From positions 30,256,001 to 30,320,000 of the forward strand of contig OY740800.1 of assembly GCA_963514005.1 (NCBI GenBank): DNA of 64,000 bases, in the 5' to 3' direction. Numbering within the stretch: position 1 is the first letter of the stretch; each line of letters starts with the position of its first letter. This DNA is from Raja brachyura. Its lineage: Eukaryota. Of the stretch, positions 48,671 through 61,377 are shown piece after piece. Under the pieces are notes generated by a model. The model saw only the letters and a list, made by a program, of their open reading frames with translations, was not told the DNA's origin and searched no databases. A program made the position numbers and the translations under genes.

Positions 48671-50389
48671 CTGGTTAATCATAAAATAGGAAGTTACTAT
48701 AAAGGATCAAGCACACAGAGAATGCACTAAAAATGAACTATAAAAGGCAGGTACCCAATACTTCAGTGGGAAAGCTGCTGGGTTCAACCCTGACATAGGC
48801 TGAAGGAACCCTCTCCATTCTGGGTGAGAAACACAAATAGTTTTTGACAGCTTCCATCCATACTGTCTGATGCTAAGATCAGATTTTGGGTCTGATGCAT
48901 ATTCCGATGAAAGGACTGAATGCTTGGAAGACAAGAGATCTGTGGCGAACGGTTTGTGGTCCACTCATCACATCCCGTCTGTCTGAAATTTGTCTGACCT
49001 GCCTCTCAATTCCAAATTAACTCCAAATGCTGAACAATGTTCCAAGACATGACAAATCTATTCTTAGGATTAGGATGCCATTGGCCAGGCACATTCATCA
49101 TCAAGTCACTGAGGGACATTCTGGAATCTCTGTCCAGAGAAGCTTTTGGTGAACCCATTCCAACAAAAAGATAGTTTGCAGTAATTTTCTGTTGCAACCA
49201 GGAAGTTAAGTGGCTTCCTGAAAGCAGTGTTGAAAATAGTGCCATTTTAATTTTGTGACCCAAATTGCTGGTCCCATTGCTGTTAAATCCCCATTGACAC
49301 GTTGCACTAGTAAGCCAGCTTCATTACTGATGAGTGTCAATCATGTTCCATGTCAAAAACTTTGTACCTCAGTATTTCTTTTCATCTTTGATGCACAGGG
49401 ATGCATTTATCATGTCAACTTTCAGTTTAAGCTAGAGAAAACAATTGTCATATGGCAAATGTGTACAAACACCTGCTTTCTGCACAAAGACATGAGCCTA
49501 CAGGTAAAGTTATTAAAGGTTGCACAATGCAGAAAAGCAAAATTGAGTTAGATAAAACACAATATAAATATCAAGGGCAGAACAGATCCAGTCCAAAACA
49601 TGATGAAAGGGGCCAGTGGAACTTAGAACAGTATAACACAGGAATAGGCATTTTGGCTTACCATGTCTGTACCAACCATTATGCCAATCTCAACTAACGC
49701 CATGTACTGCACATCGACCTACATACACATCTTCTATATCTATTTACCCTGCACGTCACGTTTATCTCCAAATGCCTCCGCATTGTTGCTATTGTATCTA
49801 CTTTCACCACCCCTTTGCAACATTTTCCAGGCACCTAAAACTCTATATAAACAAACTTGTCTCGCAAATATCGTCCCCTCTCTCATCTTAGACCTATGCC
49901 CTCTGCTACTTGTCATTTCCACCTGGGGAAAGTACTATTTACCCTATAAAAACTGATCACCATAACTTGTCACGCTAACTTTTATACAATGCTCCGACCG
50001 ACAAAGGCAACAATCTGGTCTGTACCACCCTCTCCACTTGCATTGACACTTTCAATGATCTATGGACTTGCATCCAAGATCCCTCGGAGGATCAATGCTC
50101 CCATGGGTCCTGCCATTTCATTGTAATCTTTCCTTGTGCATTTGACCTTACAAAATGCATTAACTCACTTGTTTGGATCAAGCTCCATCTGCCATTTCCC
50201 TGCCCAAGTTTCTAACTGATCTGTATGCCATTATATCCCTGGGCAAACTTCCTCCATGATCCACAACTTAATTGTTTTTTTTGCGTCATCAGTAAATTTG
50301 TATCATTCAATAAATAAAACACAATTTTATTTGCAAAATAATGCCATCTTAAAATCAATGACAAGATTTCAACTGGATCAAGAAATCAG

Positions 50390-51260
50390 ATTTACTTCGG
50401 AGTCACGTGAGTGACTACATGAAGAAGCACCGCCTGGCGCTGGATCGGCATTACGTCGACGCTATCGGTAGAGGAAAGAGCTGCAGAGCGCAGCTCCAAC
50501 ACAGCGGTAGGTAAGAAAACGGCCCGCAGGTAAGTAAAATTATTTTACTTCCAGGGCGTTTTCTAAAAACTCCGTAGGCTGGTGGGTAAACCAGGAGGAG
50601 TTAAAATAAAAATTAAAATGTTTAAAAAATGTAGAAAGTCGGGACAGCAGATTATTGCGGAGCTGGTTCCGATACCGGTGGCCGTTGAAATACCCGTTAG
50701 TGAGCCTTTGGTTGCTCCACAAACAAAAACTTTGAAAACCCAGTGCCTAAAATGTAAAAGGAAGCTTGAAAGGCCTGAGGTTTCTGAAAGATCCTGAAGG
50801 AAAGCCTTTGGCTAAGAATGGATCTATTGGAGAAAATACTCCAAACAATAATCAACCAAGGGTCTAAGTACCCAGAATATTCCCAGGCAGCCCCTGAGGG
50901 GGTTCCATATCATGAATATGGTGCCAGTTTGAATTGGGAATTGAAACTCCAGTGCCTGGGATTGGGCTGGAGGTAGTCTCCTTGAACAAGTTTCAGGAGT
51001 ACCAGGGCTGTATGAGACGGACCCTGAAAGTGGTGATTGCGGTCAGGAGTACCCACCACAATACAAATCCAGGTGTGTCTGAGGGGCACAAAGTTTACTA
51101 TACCTGGAGGGGGCGGTGAGGCCATGGAAGGAAACCTGGCGGCCAATGTTAATTATATGGTCTCTCACCTGCCACAAAAAAAAAGCTGTTATGGTTGAGA
51201 CAGCAGATTTGGATTTAAACACCTATTTATTGTAAAAGTGCTCGCTTCGGCAGCACATAC

Positions 51261-51294
<34 letters not shown>

Positions 51295-54200
51295 GCGCAA
51301 GGATGACATGCAAATTCGTGAAGTGTTCCAAACACCTCAAAGAAGGTACCTATGGTGAATCCGGCTTTTTGGGCGCCAATGTCAGCAATAATGCGGGCGC
51401 AGGAATTACGATTCAAAGAATCCTCAAGCTAATTTTGGCATCACTGTCTTTTGGAAGACAAGCTGGAAGGTTGTGGAATGACCAAAGTTCAGAATAAACA
51501 TATGTTGGGTTTATTCTGCAACTCATTTTTGAGATAAATTATATAAAAAATGGAAGATTGCCATTCGGCCTCTTTTACATCCAAGATTTTCAGGGTTGTG
51601 CAGGGCAAGCAATGTTCCAGCTCTTGGTTATTTGTTCGGAGGAAACCTGTCTAAACAAATTAAAGAAATGGATGAAGAGGGAAAAAACTGTTGGCCTTGT
51701 GAAACCCTTCAGTTTTGGCCAGAAAGGCTGGTCATATGAGAAGGGGATTTGATTTTGGAGCTGGAACGAGCCGAGGCAGGAGTATGACAAGGAAGAATTA
51801 CCAGCCAGCACAGCCGAATGTACACCCATTTATTGGGAAAGGAGATCATTTCGTCCAGTTGGAGAGGTACAAAAACTTTATCCTATTAAAGAAGGATGTT
51901 TGGATGAACCTCAGATTGGTGGTAGACTCCGAATGTTTTATAATGAATGGGATGTATGGATCCATTGGGACACAATAAGCCTAATCATTCTTTGATGTTT
52001 CAGTTCTTGAAATAATTCAAATTGACAAAGAGGTTAAGAATTTGTGTGAGAAAGGAGTTATTGAGAAAACAGGAGAGGATCCACAACAATTGTATCAAAT
52101 ATTTTCCCCAGACCGAAGAAAGATGGGGGTTGTAGAATCATTTTAGATCTCACACAATTGAATACATTTGTCCAGTAAACATTTAAAATGGACACATTCA
52201 ACACTGCAATGCAGCTGGTATCAACAGGTTGTTGTATGGCTACAATAGATTGAAGGATGCATATTTTTTGGTCCCAATTCACCATAGTTTCGCAGGTAAT
52301 TAAAGTTTTATGGATGGGACAGCTGTGGCAATACAAGCATTACCTAATGGGTCAATTGGGCAACTAGATGCTAATTCAGCACCTAGATTGTTCACTTTAT
52401 TGTTGAAGCCAGCACTTGCACTGCCAAGGGCACAAAACACATCATTATGGCTTATCTAGATGACATTAATTGTTTATGCTAATCAGGAGTCAGCTGAAAA
52501 TCAGTCTCAGCAACTACAAGCCTGTTTGATAAGTTGGGTTCCTGATTTATCCAACAAAATCTAAGTTACAGCCATCCCAAACCATGGAATATCTGGGGTT
52601 TGTGATTTATTCAGTTACCACGTTGGTAACTTTACCAATGGATAAGGTGATAGATTGACAAATGTGTGTCAGAACCTGATTAACAAACCTTATCCCTCCA
52701 TCCGAGTAGTGCCAAGGCTATTGGGAAGTTGGTAGCAGCATCTGTAGCAGTGGATTTTGGCCCTCTGCATTACCAAAATCTTCAAAGGGCAAAAACTCAA
52801 GCGCTTATTCAGCGAGCAGGCCATTTGATAGGCCAATGCAATTGCCAAGGGAAATTTATCAGAATTACATTGGTGGATTGAGAATGTTCCACAAGCTGCT
52901 TAGAACATTTGGTCGTCAGCCAGTAGTGTTTTGCAAACTGACGCAGGTTCTCTCGGAAGGGGGGGGGGGGGACGGATTATGAGACCAGCTGCGGGGGCAG
53001 GTGGGCTGTCCAAGAGGATTTTTTGCTCCAAACATATGGTATTAATTATTTGGAGCTACTGGGAGCATTTATGGATTAAAAGCTTATTGTTCTACATTAA
53101 AGATTTACATGTCCATACACAAATAGACAATACCACAACTGTGGCATATATCAATCACATGGGTGGCGTCAGATCATGTGATCATCTGGTAACCAGATGT
53201 GGCAATGGTGTATTGGAAAAATATTGGTTCAGCTATTTATCTCCCAGGAAGAGACAATGTTGTGGCAGACAAAAGATCACGAATATTTAAAGACAATACA
53301 GAATGGATGTTATCCACAAATTTTCAAAAATATTGTCAGTCGGTATGGAGTACCGTACATTGATCTGTTTGCATCTAGACTGAATCACCAATTGCCCAAA
53401 TACGTGTCTTGGGAACACGATCCAGGGGCAGTAGCGGTGGATGCTTTCTCGTTACACTGGGGGAATACGTTTTTATACTTTTCCCCATTCTGTCCGATTG
53501 GGCAATGTCCCAAGGAAATAGCGCAAGATGCTGCCAAAGGCATTATTGGTGGTGCCAAAATGGGCCTACGCAGTCATGGTTCCCATTGATGCTTAAAATG
53601 ATTGTTGAACCATGTATGACAAATCCCAGTTGCGACAATCTGTTGACACAACCAGTAACAAAAGAAATTCGTCCATTGCATGATCATATGAATTGTTTAT
53701 CTGCAGGTTCTGACCAGACCATTGCAAGAGTTGAGCTGTTGGACAGGACCATGGTTGTATAGATGTAGCTTAGAGGAATAGCACTAAAAAAAAACACAAT
53801 TTTTGTTGCATATAACAAAATGGGAAGTTTTGTATACAGTCAAAGATATCTTATCATACTGCAAACATTTCAAATGTTTTGGAGTTCCTTGCTGGGCTAC
53901 ACTTGATGAGCATTTGAGCTATAGTGTCATTTATTGTGCTTGTAGTGCATTGTCATCCTATTTAGGACATATTTCTGATCGGGATTCAGTAGGGTCTCGC
54001 CCATTAATATCCTGATTCATGAAAGGTATTTTAATTAAATCCTCCCAAGCCCAGATATACAGAAATTTGGGATGTTAGCATTGTTCTCATTTTGCTGAAA
54101 CAATGGGCTCCAATTACTTCAATGTCTTTGCAGAAATTAACATTTAAGGTGGTTATGTTAATGGCATTGGTATCAGCTCAAAGAGTACAAACTTTGCAAT

Positions 54201-55259
54201 TATTACGGTTGGATTGCATGCATGTGACTACAGATAACATTGTGTTTATGTTTATGACCTGATCAAACAAAGCAGACCAGGGAGAACTGGAATTAAGGTA
54301 ATGTTTAAAGCGTATCCTACTGTGTGTAGTTAAGCATTTAACTCAATACATTGAGGTAACCAAAAATCTCAGAGGTTCTGAGAAAGCGTTATTGATAACA
54401 CACAAAAAGCCACATATAAAGTTCAGTTCAAACCATTTCTAGATGGTTAAAACAGGTTTGGGTCTAGCAGGAATAGACACTGATGTGTTTAAATCTCACT
54501 CCACTAGGGCGGCAGCTGCGTCCGCGGCGAAGGTACAGGATGTACCACTCGATGAAATTTTAAAGGCCGCAGGGTGGTGTAGAGTAGAAACATTTTCAAA
54601 GTTCTACAATAAACCTGTTGTCACGGTGCCAGGATTTGGACACACAGTACTGGGTTCTCTTTAAATGCTTGCTTTGTTTTATATTATCAATTTATACTAT
54701 CGATTTATGTTATCATTGACATCATTTGTCAATTTTCTTTTTGTAATTTTCCCCTGGGATAGAGGGGTTATTATTTTTAAAAAGTTGTTCTTTTTTATAG
54801 CTAAAAGACTTATTACATAAATTGTAACAATGTCTTAAAATACTATTTACTCACTACTGTGTTGACTAAACAGAGAGTCGTATGGAATGAATTTACGACA
54901 TAAAAAAAGAGCTTTAAAATCTTCACGTAGTCACTCACGTGACTCCGAAGTAAAATAGTAAGATTAAACGAGAACTTACCTGTTTGAAGTTTGATCTTTA
55001 TTTTATGAGGAGTTACGATGAGGGATTACGTGCCCTCCACTCCCAACCCTCATAATATAAATGATCATCTGGTAGTTCTAGTCTATTTTTGAGCCTTACC
55101 ATCTTACTCCGGCTATTGGTTCTGTGTTTTTCATGCCGCTGCTTTGAAGTATGCCGATCCAGCGCCAGGCGGGGCTTCTTCACGTAATCCCTCATCGTAA
55201 CTCCTCATAAAATAAAGATCAAACTTCGAACAGGTAAGTTCTCGTTTAATCTTACTATT
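50390..55259 (+). mobile_element. Second DIRS1-type retrotransposon, full-length termini, heavily decayed ORFs
   Basis: Left end atttacttcggagtcacgtgagtgac; ICR 54921-55032; right ITR and extension 55152-55259; remnants AYLDD, LQTDA, IDNTTTVAYINHMGG, IDLFAS, FKSHSTRAAA...AGW...FSKFY. Confidence 0.93.
51238..51330 (+). pseudogene. RNU6: U6 snRNA retrocopy (7-nt internal deletion, 3' U-tract missing) inside DIRS gag
   Basis: GTGCTCGCTTCGGCAGCACATACACTAAAATTGGAACGATACAGAGAAGATTAGCATG...CGCAAGGATGACATGCAAATTCGTGAAGTGTTCCA; flanked by the direct repeat aaacacct. Confidence 0.93.
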
Positions 55260-55675
55260 GTTATTGAGTCTCCATGATGAAAGAGGATTTAAAAATCTTT
55301 CCAGGCAAGTTAATTTATCAAACATGTAATTCCTAACAAGACCCAAGAACAAGAAAACCATCACCTTGAACATGCAGTAGGCCATTAATATCATATTTGT
55401 GTCTTCATATACAAAATTAAAATGTATCATATCTGGCTTTGTTTGGTCAAAAATAAAATCTCATGTGAGTAGGCTTTGGTATTGATTTTGAATGTCCATC
55501 TGACTCTGGTCCTGACAAAATAGTGCAGGACCAGAGTATGTTAGCAATGCACCCAAGTTTGATGTGTTGGTAATCCAAAATAACCATATCGGTAGCTAAA
55601 TGTTTAACTCCACCCATCTACAATACACAAATTGCTGATAAGAAATCTTAAATCAAAGCACAAACAAAACCTTAC

Positions 55676-55755
55676 CTCCTAAAACCTGAAGTAAATTAAC
55701 GAGGATATAAAGGATCTGTTTGATGTACATCAGGTTTTTTGCTTTTAGTCTGCTT
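55676..55755 (-). CDS. DDX11: DDX11 exon (RSRLKAKNLMYIKQILYILVNLLQVLG)
   Basis: tacacag/gtaagg, 80 nt. Confidence 0.96.
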
Positions 55756-57137
55756 CTGTGTATTAAAAGAAAAAGCATTTTGATGTTAAGATTATAAGAC
55801 TATTTTAAAACTAGACCAAGTCTGCAAAAGTACGACTAATTTTATTCAATTAATCGTCATGGTCTGTAAAATCAAGTGCATAAAGGAGATAAGAACACAA
55901 GACATAGAAGTAGTAGTAAGCCATTCAGGCCTTTAAACCTACTCACACCAATACATTCAATAATATCATGGGTGTTTTTTTACCTCAGTACCTTTTTCTA
56001 TCACTATTCCCTCTGCTCTCAATTTCCTGAGTGTACCTACTCTGTAATTGGAAGAAGGGCAAGAGGTGGTGGTCCAGGCGATATGAAGCCCCTTTCCCCA
56101 ACTATGGATAAATATATATCAGAGCAAACTGGAGTCTAAATCTGGCAACAATAAAGGGTGTCAAAACACTTGAGAAAAATAAAGACAAAATCTGGACTGG
56201 ACAAGTTATGTAGATACTGGAAAATGGGTGTAACATCAATCAAACATACCACAGGTGCAGTAGGATGGCTGAGTGAAAGAAACAAGCAAAAAGAGTGTAT
56301 CGATTGTTTATGCATTTTAAACCTCTTCCGATGAGCAGCTTTTAGGAGCGGCAGGATTCACAACAGATTAATGGTCCAACAGCCATAATGCAATTGTGCC
56401 AGTTATGTTAGTCCAAAGTAGTTTTATGGATGTTCACAAACTATACATGCAAGGGTTGAATCCACCCCCACTGAAAACAAATTTGTTGGATATCAACTGA
56501 GAATTCAGATCTGGAACTCCCAGTACACATTCACTACAAGTGTTTGGAGAAGGCTTGAATCCTGCCCCTCAGACAGAAACCACTGAATCATAGACTCATT
56601 GGCCAGATAGATCTTGACACCAGGACTTTATCCCTTCGTCAGATCAAAGATTGGGAAACAAGCCAGAGCATTCTACGTTTCGCAAGTATAATGGTTCAAG
56701 CCAATATCCAATTTAATTCCAGCTGAATGGAAGGTTGTTCAGTTTTAAATTAGAACATTTTGTTCCTGCATGTTTGTTTCCAGGATTCGGTCCCACAGGC
56801 ATACACCACCACCACCACCCAGCGATTCTCTCTTCTTTTAGCAGAAGCCCAAGAACAAGATCAATGGCCTATTCCATTTCAGCAGCATCGCACAAAGCCA
56901 TTCCCGTTGTTCCCTTCCAACACCCGTACAGGGCACATAAGTCATGAACCACAGATACAGATTGATTGTGTAGTTCCTGCCTAACAGTGATGGTCATCTA
57001 ATATAGCTAAGACCAGAGATCAAACCTGGGGCGATCATAGTGTGGCTGACCACACCATATTATACAATTTAGTGAACATTAACTGATCCTGTGGAGAAGA
57101 CAGAATGACAATTTGCAAAAAGAGAATGAGGCCTCAC

Positions 57138-57184
57138 CTGTAACGCTCCAGGTATTGAGACAGTTGGGAGTGAGCACAGCACAA
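57138..57184 (-). CDS. DDX11: DDX11 exon (LCCAHSQLSQYLERY)
   Basis: ttcccag/gtgagg, 47 nt. Confidence 0.95.
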
Positions 57185-58967
57185 CTGGGAAAAGAAAGAC
57201 ATAACAAACCATGAAGGGACTCACTTTGCCCAACTTATGTCAAAGAGGTGTCTGCATTACACTCACATTGACTTAATTCTTTCCCTGCAGCTTGTTTACA
57301 TATGAACCTATCACTGCCTTAAAATGTGAGATTCTGCTTTCATCAATCTTTAAGGAAGAGAATTCCAAAGATTCATCTGATAAAGTTGTCTCATCTCTGT
57401 CTTAAGTAGGCAATTCCTACCTTATAAACAGTTCTAGAATCTTCCATTAGAGGAAACATTCTCTCCACATCCACCCTGTCAAGACCCTTCAAAACATTAT
57501 GCTTCATTTAAGTCCCCTCTCACTTTTCAAAGCTTCAGTATTTACTAGATGGTTATTCACCGTCCCCTTCAAGACACTTAGGGATGGGCGTTAAATGCTG
57601 GCATTGGCAGCTGTGCCCATCTCTAAAATTAATCAGTTCTAATGCAACGACTTATCTCCATTAATGCTATCTATGGACAGTGATACTCTGAACATGCTTC
57701 TTCATCAGAGGGTTAAAACTGTTGACTTCACTCACTTTGCAGGTTTAACAAACGTTTGAACCCAAGCACACCTTTACTAAACATCACTGGCAGCCTCCTT
57801 AAAGAAACTATTGCTTGCTTCCCTTCTCCTCTACCCTAACGTCTGCCAGAGCCCACAATAAAAAAAAAATCAAACCACAAGCAACAGATGGTATTTGTTT
57901 CAGAGGATATTTGGAATATAAGAATCTGTAAATCACAACTCGCTGAAGAAGTTGCCAGAGGAAGTGGTCGAGACGGGTACAATAACAATATTTAAAAAAC
58001 AATTGGACAAGTACATGAATAGGAAACGTTTAAAGAGATACGAGTCAAACATTTGACACTATCATAGATGGGCCTCTGATCAGCAAGAACAAGTTGGGCC
58101 AAAGGGCCTGTTTCTGTGCTGCATGATGCTATCACAAAGCAGAATATTACACTTTCTAAAAAAGCACATTTGTAATTAGGAAGGAGTTTTAAAAGACGCA
58201 ATGACAGCATTAAAGACAGTTGGTCTATAAAGATATGAGACAAACTGAGATTATACGGGACGAGATGCTAAGAAGTATTGGGAGTTTAAAATTAAAATGT
58301 GGATTAGAAAGTAGGAATACAAAAAAGTATGGAGTGTGAACAAAGAATGAAATCAGACATTAGAAGGCATGGGTGGACCATGAATGCAGTCTTAGATTGG
58401 ATAGCAGAGATTTTGTAAATCAAAGCGGCTGTATTTTGTATTGTAATACCTTTGGATAACTTCATATTTAAACAGTAGTGTGTCAGTATCCACAACCTGA
58501 TTCACACAAACTCACAGAACATATGAAATGGATGCAGTTCATTCATCTCATTGTGCCTGCTCTGCCATTTAATAAAACCAGGCTGATCTTTACCTTTGTA
58601 CCACCTTCCTGCATATCTTTCAATCCCCTTATTATCTAAACAACCACTGATCTTTAACATACGTTTATTGTCTCCACAGCTCTTGTCCTTAAGGGTAATT
58701 CTCCCTCAATGAAAATATAGCAGATAGAATTCCAGGTTAATATCCAAGATCTGTTCTAAATTAGTTGGTCTCAGCTTGGACCAGCCAAGATTTTTTCATT
58801 TAGACCACATAATAGGTAAATTTCAAAGATACTCAAAAGATAAAAACATTTGCAGAGGTATGGGGAAAATTAGTGGATGGGACTAATTAGATGGCTAGTC
58901 AGGAATGGTGAATTCAATGAAAGATTCAGTGCTGTCTCATTCCATTATTCTTGTGAACAGTACCCAC

Positions 58968-59120
58968 CTGTGATCCAGTCACCTTGTAGCTGTGAATGGC
59001 AGTGATGGTATCAATAAGGTTGTGCGCTTCGTCAATCACCAGCACTTGCCCCTTCAGTTTAATGCCAGATGCCCGCCTGGTCGAGCTGTGTAGCAACGTT
59101 TGATAAGGCATCACCACCAG
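58968..59120 (-). CDS. DDX11: DDX11 exon with DEAH box ([11 protein letters not shown]...[24 protein letters not shown]); most 5' exon found in the window
   Basis: gtgacag/gtgggt, 153 nt, motif II DEAH. Confidence 0.97.
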
Positions 59121-59248
59121 CTGTCACAAGTAAAGCAAGACAATGCTTATTCCTCTTCGTGTCAACTAAATGCCTGCTATCCAATAATCATTTTGCATCC
59201 TCATAAAACCCACAGAGACAAAGCTTTACTGTGCTGCATCCATTGTTG

Positions 59249-59840
59249 AACCTCCTCCAACCTCATCTACTGTATCTGCGGTTCTAGGTCTGGAATCGGT
59301 GAGACCAAGCGCAGACTCGGCGATCATTTCGCTGAACACCTCAGGTCAGACCGCCTAAACTAACCTGAATGTCCAGTTACTAAACTCCCCCTTTATGTCC
59401 TGGGCCTTCTCCATTGTCACTGTGGGGCCCAATGCAAATTGGAGGAACAATACCTCATATTTCACTTGGGCAGCTTACACCCCAGCAGTATGAATATTAA
59501 CTTCTCTAACTTCAAGTAACCCTTGCTTTCCCTCTCTCCATTCTTCCCCCGTCCCTGTTCCCCGACCAGTCTGACTGTCCCCAATTACATTTCATCTGTT
59601 TGCTTTGTTGTTACCTTATTCTAGCTAACAATTATCTATTCTACCTTTTCCTTGATCTCCACCCCCTTTGATGTCTCATTCTGCCATCTAACTTCCCTAT
59701 CTCCCGACACTCAATCTGGGTCTCGACCCGAAACGTCAGCCATTCCTTCTCTCCAGAGATGTTGCCCGTCCCGGTCAGCGACTCCAGCATTTTGTGTCTA
59801 TTTTAGGTTTAAACCAGCATCTGCAGCTCCTTCCTACACA
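59249..59840 (+). mobile_element. Penelope-like element 3' fragment (GIY-YIG remnant plus pLTR)
   Basis: SSNLIYCI...IGETKRRLGDHFAEH and tail gggtctcgacccgaaacgtc...actccagcattttgtgtcta. Confidence 0.8.
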
Positions 59841-60056
59841 TTTCGTGAACCCAGAAGGATTGACCCCAACTTTCACCAGATTAATCTACTGTAGATAAAC
59901 CATTTGTGACACTTAGTCTAGCTGTGGTAGTTGGTCCAACAATCGATCTAAGTGACAACTGAAGAACCAGAGTTTTAATTTGCATAAAAAATCATGGAAG
60001 TGCATTCCTTTTGATGTTATTCAAGTTCTCACATCAAAGATCACCTCAAACTGAGT

Positions 60057-60700
60057 CCAGATTCACATTTATTGCCACATTCACTAATTAAGGCACAGTG
60101 ATATTTGAGTTACCATGAAGCCATACAATTAAAAGAACACCACACAATTAAAAAGAATGATAGAACTTAACATAAACATCCACCACAGTGATCACTGTGA
60201 TGGAAAGCAATAAAGTTCAGTCAGTCTTCTTCCTTTTGTTCACCCATCTTTGGGGGCCTTGACCTTCTGCAGTCGCCGCAACGGATGGGCCAATATACAG
60301 GCCCTCTCGTCGCGATGATCGAAGCTCCGACGTCGGGACGGAGGGAACACACTTCGCGGCTTGGAGTGCTCGAATCAGCCACTTTCTTACCGGAGAACGT
60401 GGCTTCTCAATGTTCCCTTGTAGGCAGATTCCCCTGTAGGCAGCTGCCTGTCGTATCCTTCTTCGCAGTGGCAAACCAGGCCTGCCGCCGCACGTGGTCA
60501 GATGGCTTGCCTGGTCTTCAATCTCGGCGGCCGCTGGGACCATCCTTGTTCACAATCAGCTGCTGGGTCTTTTGTTCTCATTGGCCACCAGGTCCGTCCT
60601 TGTTCTTGGCCGATCGTCAGTTGTTTGTGGCAGCCACCGGATCTGCTCTTGTAGAAGAGATGCTGGAATCTGGAGTCGCCCGCTGCAGGGTCTCGACTCG
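60057..60700. repeat. Unclassified GC-rich repeat related to 6396-7140
   Basis: Shared terminal blocks; no recognisable protein in the overlapping ORFs. Confidence 0.5.
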
Positions 60701-61193
60701 AAAATTCATTCATCCCTTTGCCTCGCACAGATGCCATTTCCCGCACTAAATTCATCCAGAAGTTTAGTCTTCTTCAACACTCCTCAGTTCTCACTTGGAG
60801 ACACAAGAAACTGCAGATGCTGGAATCTTGAATTAAAAACGTAGCGCCGGAGGAACTCAGTGGGTCTGCGGAGGGCATGATGGGACCTTTCCTCAGAATG
60901 TGCGCAATCACCAGGGAATTTCCCAACCAATTCAGCTCCTTCATCAATATTTCTTCCTTAATCAGAAGTCAAAGATGTGACTCACTAATGAATTTTCTAA
61001 AAAGATTTTGCCGAATGAGGCAACACCCAACATTCATTGTCCATCACGTTGGTGCTGTTCAGCTTCATTCTACAACCGCAGGAGTCCATGTGGTGAAGTC
61101 CTGACCACTGTGCAGTTAGAAAATAATTCGAAGGTTTCAACTCGGTGATCATGAAAGAATGGTGAAATGTTTACAAATCAGGATGGCAGATAC

Positions 61194-61374
61194 AGTGCCC
61201 TCTATAATGTTTGGGACAAAGACCCATCATTTATTTATTTGCCTCTGTACGCCACAATTTGAGATTTGTAATTGGAAAAAAAAAAAAATCGCATGTGGTT
61301 AAAGTGCACATTGTCAGATTATATTTAAGTCCATTTTTTTACATTTTGGTTTCACCACGTAGAAATTACAGCTG
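61194..61374 (+). mobile_element. Tc1-like element left end (TA|CAGTG), truncated by or interrupted at the L1
   Basis: tacagtgccctctataatgtttgggacaaagaccc; same family as 25335. Confidence 0.65.
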
Positions 61375-61377
61375 AAA

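Noticed and set aside
51238-51330. Functional U6 gene
   Set aside because: ISL deletion, no oligo-T terminator, no recognisable PSE/TATA promoter, flanked by a TSD
60880-60965. Possible further upstream DDX11 exon
   Set aside because: No match to the expected ...CPYY...AIPAAQ exon; looks like a decayed LINE remnant
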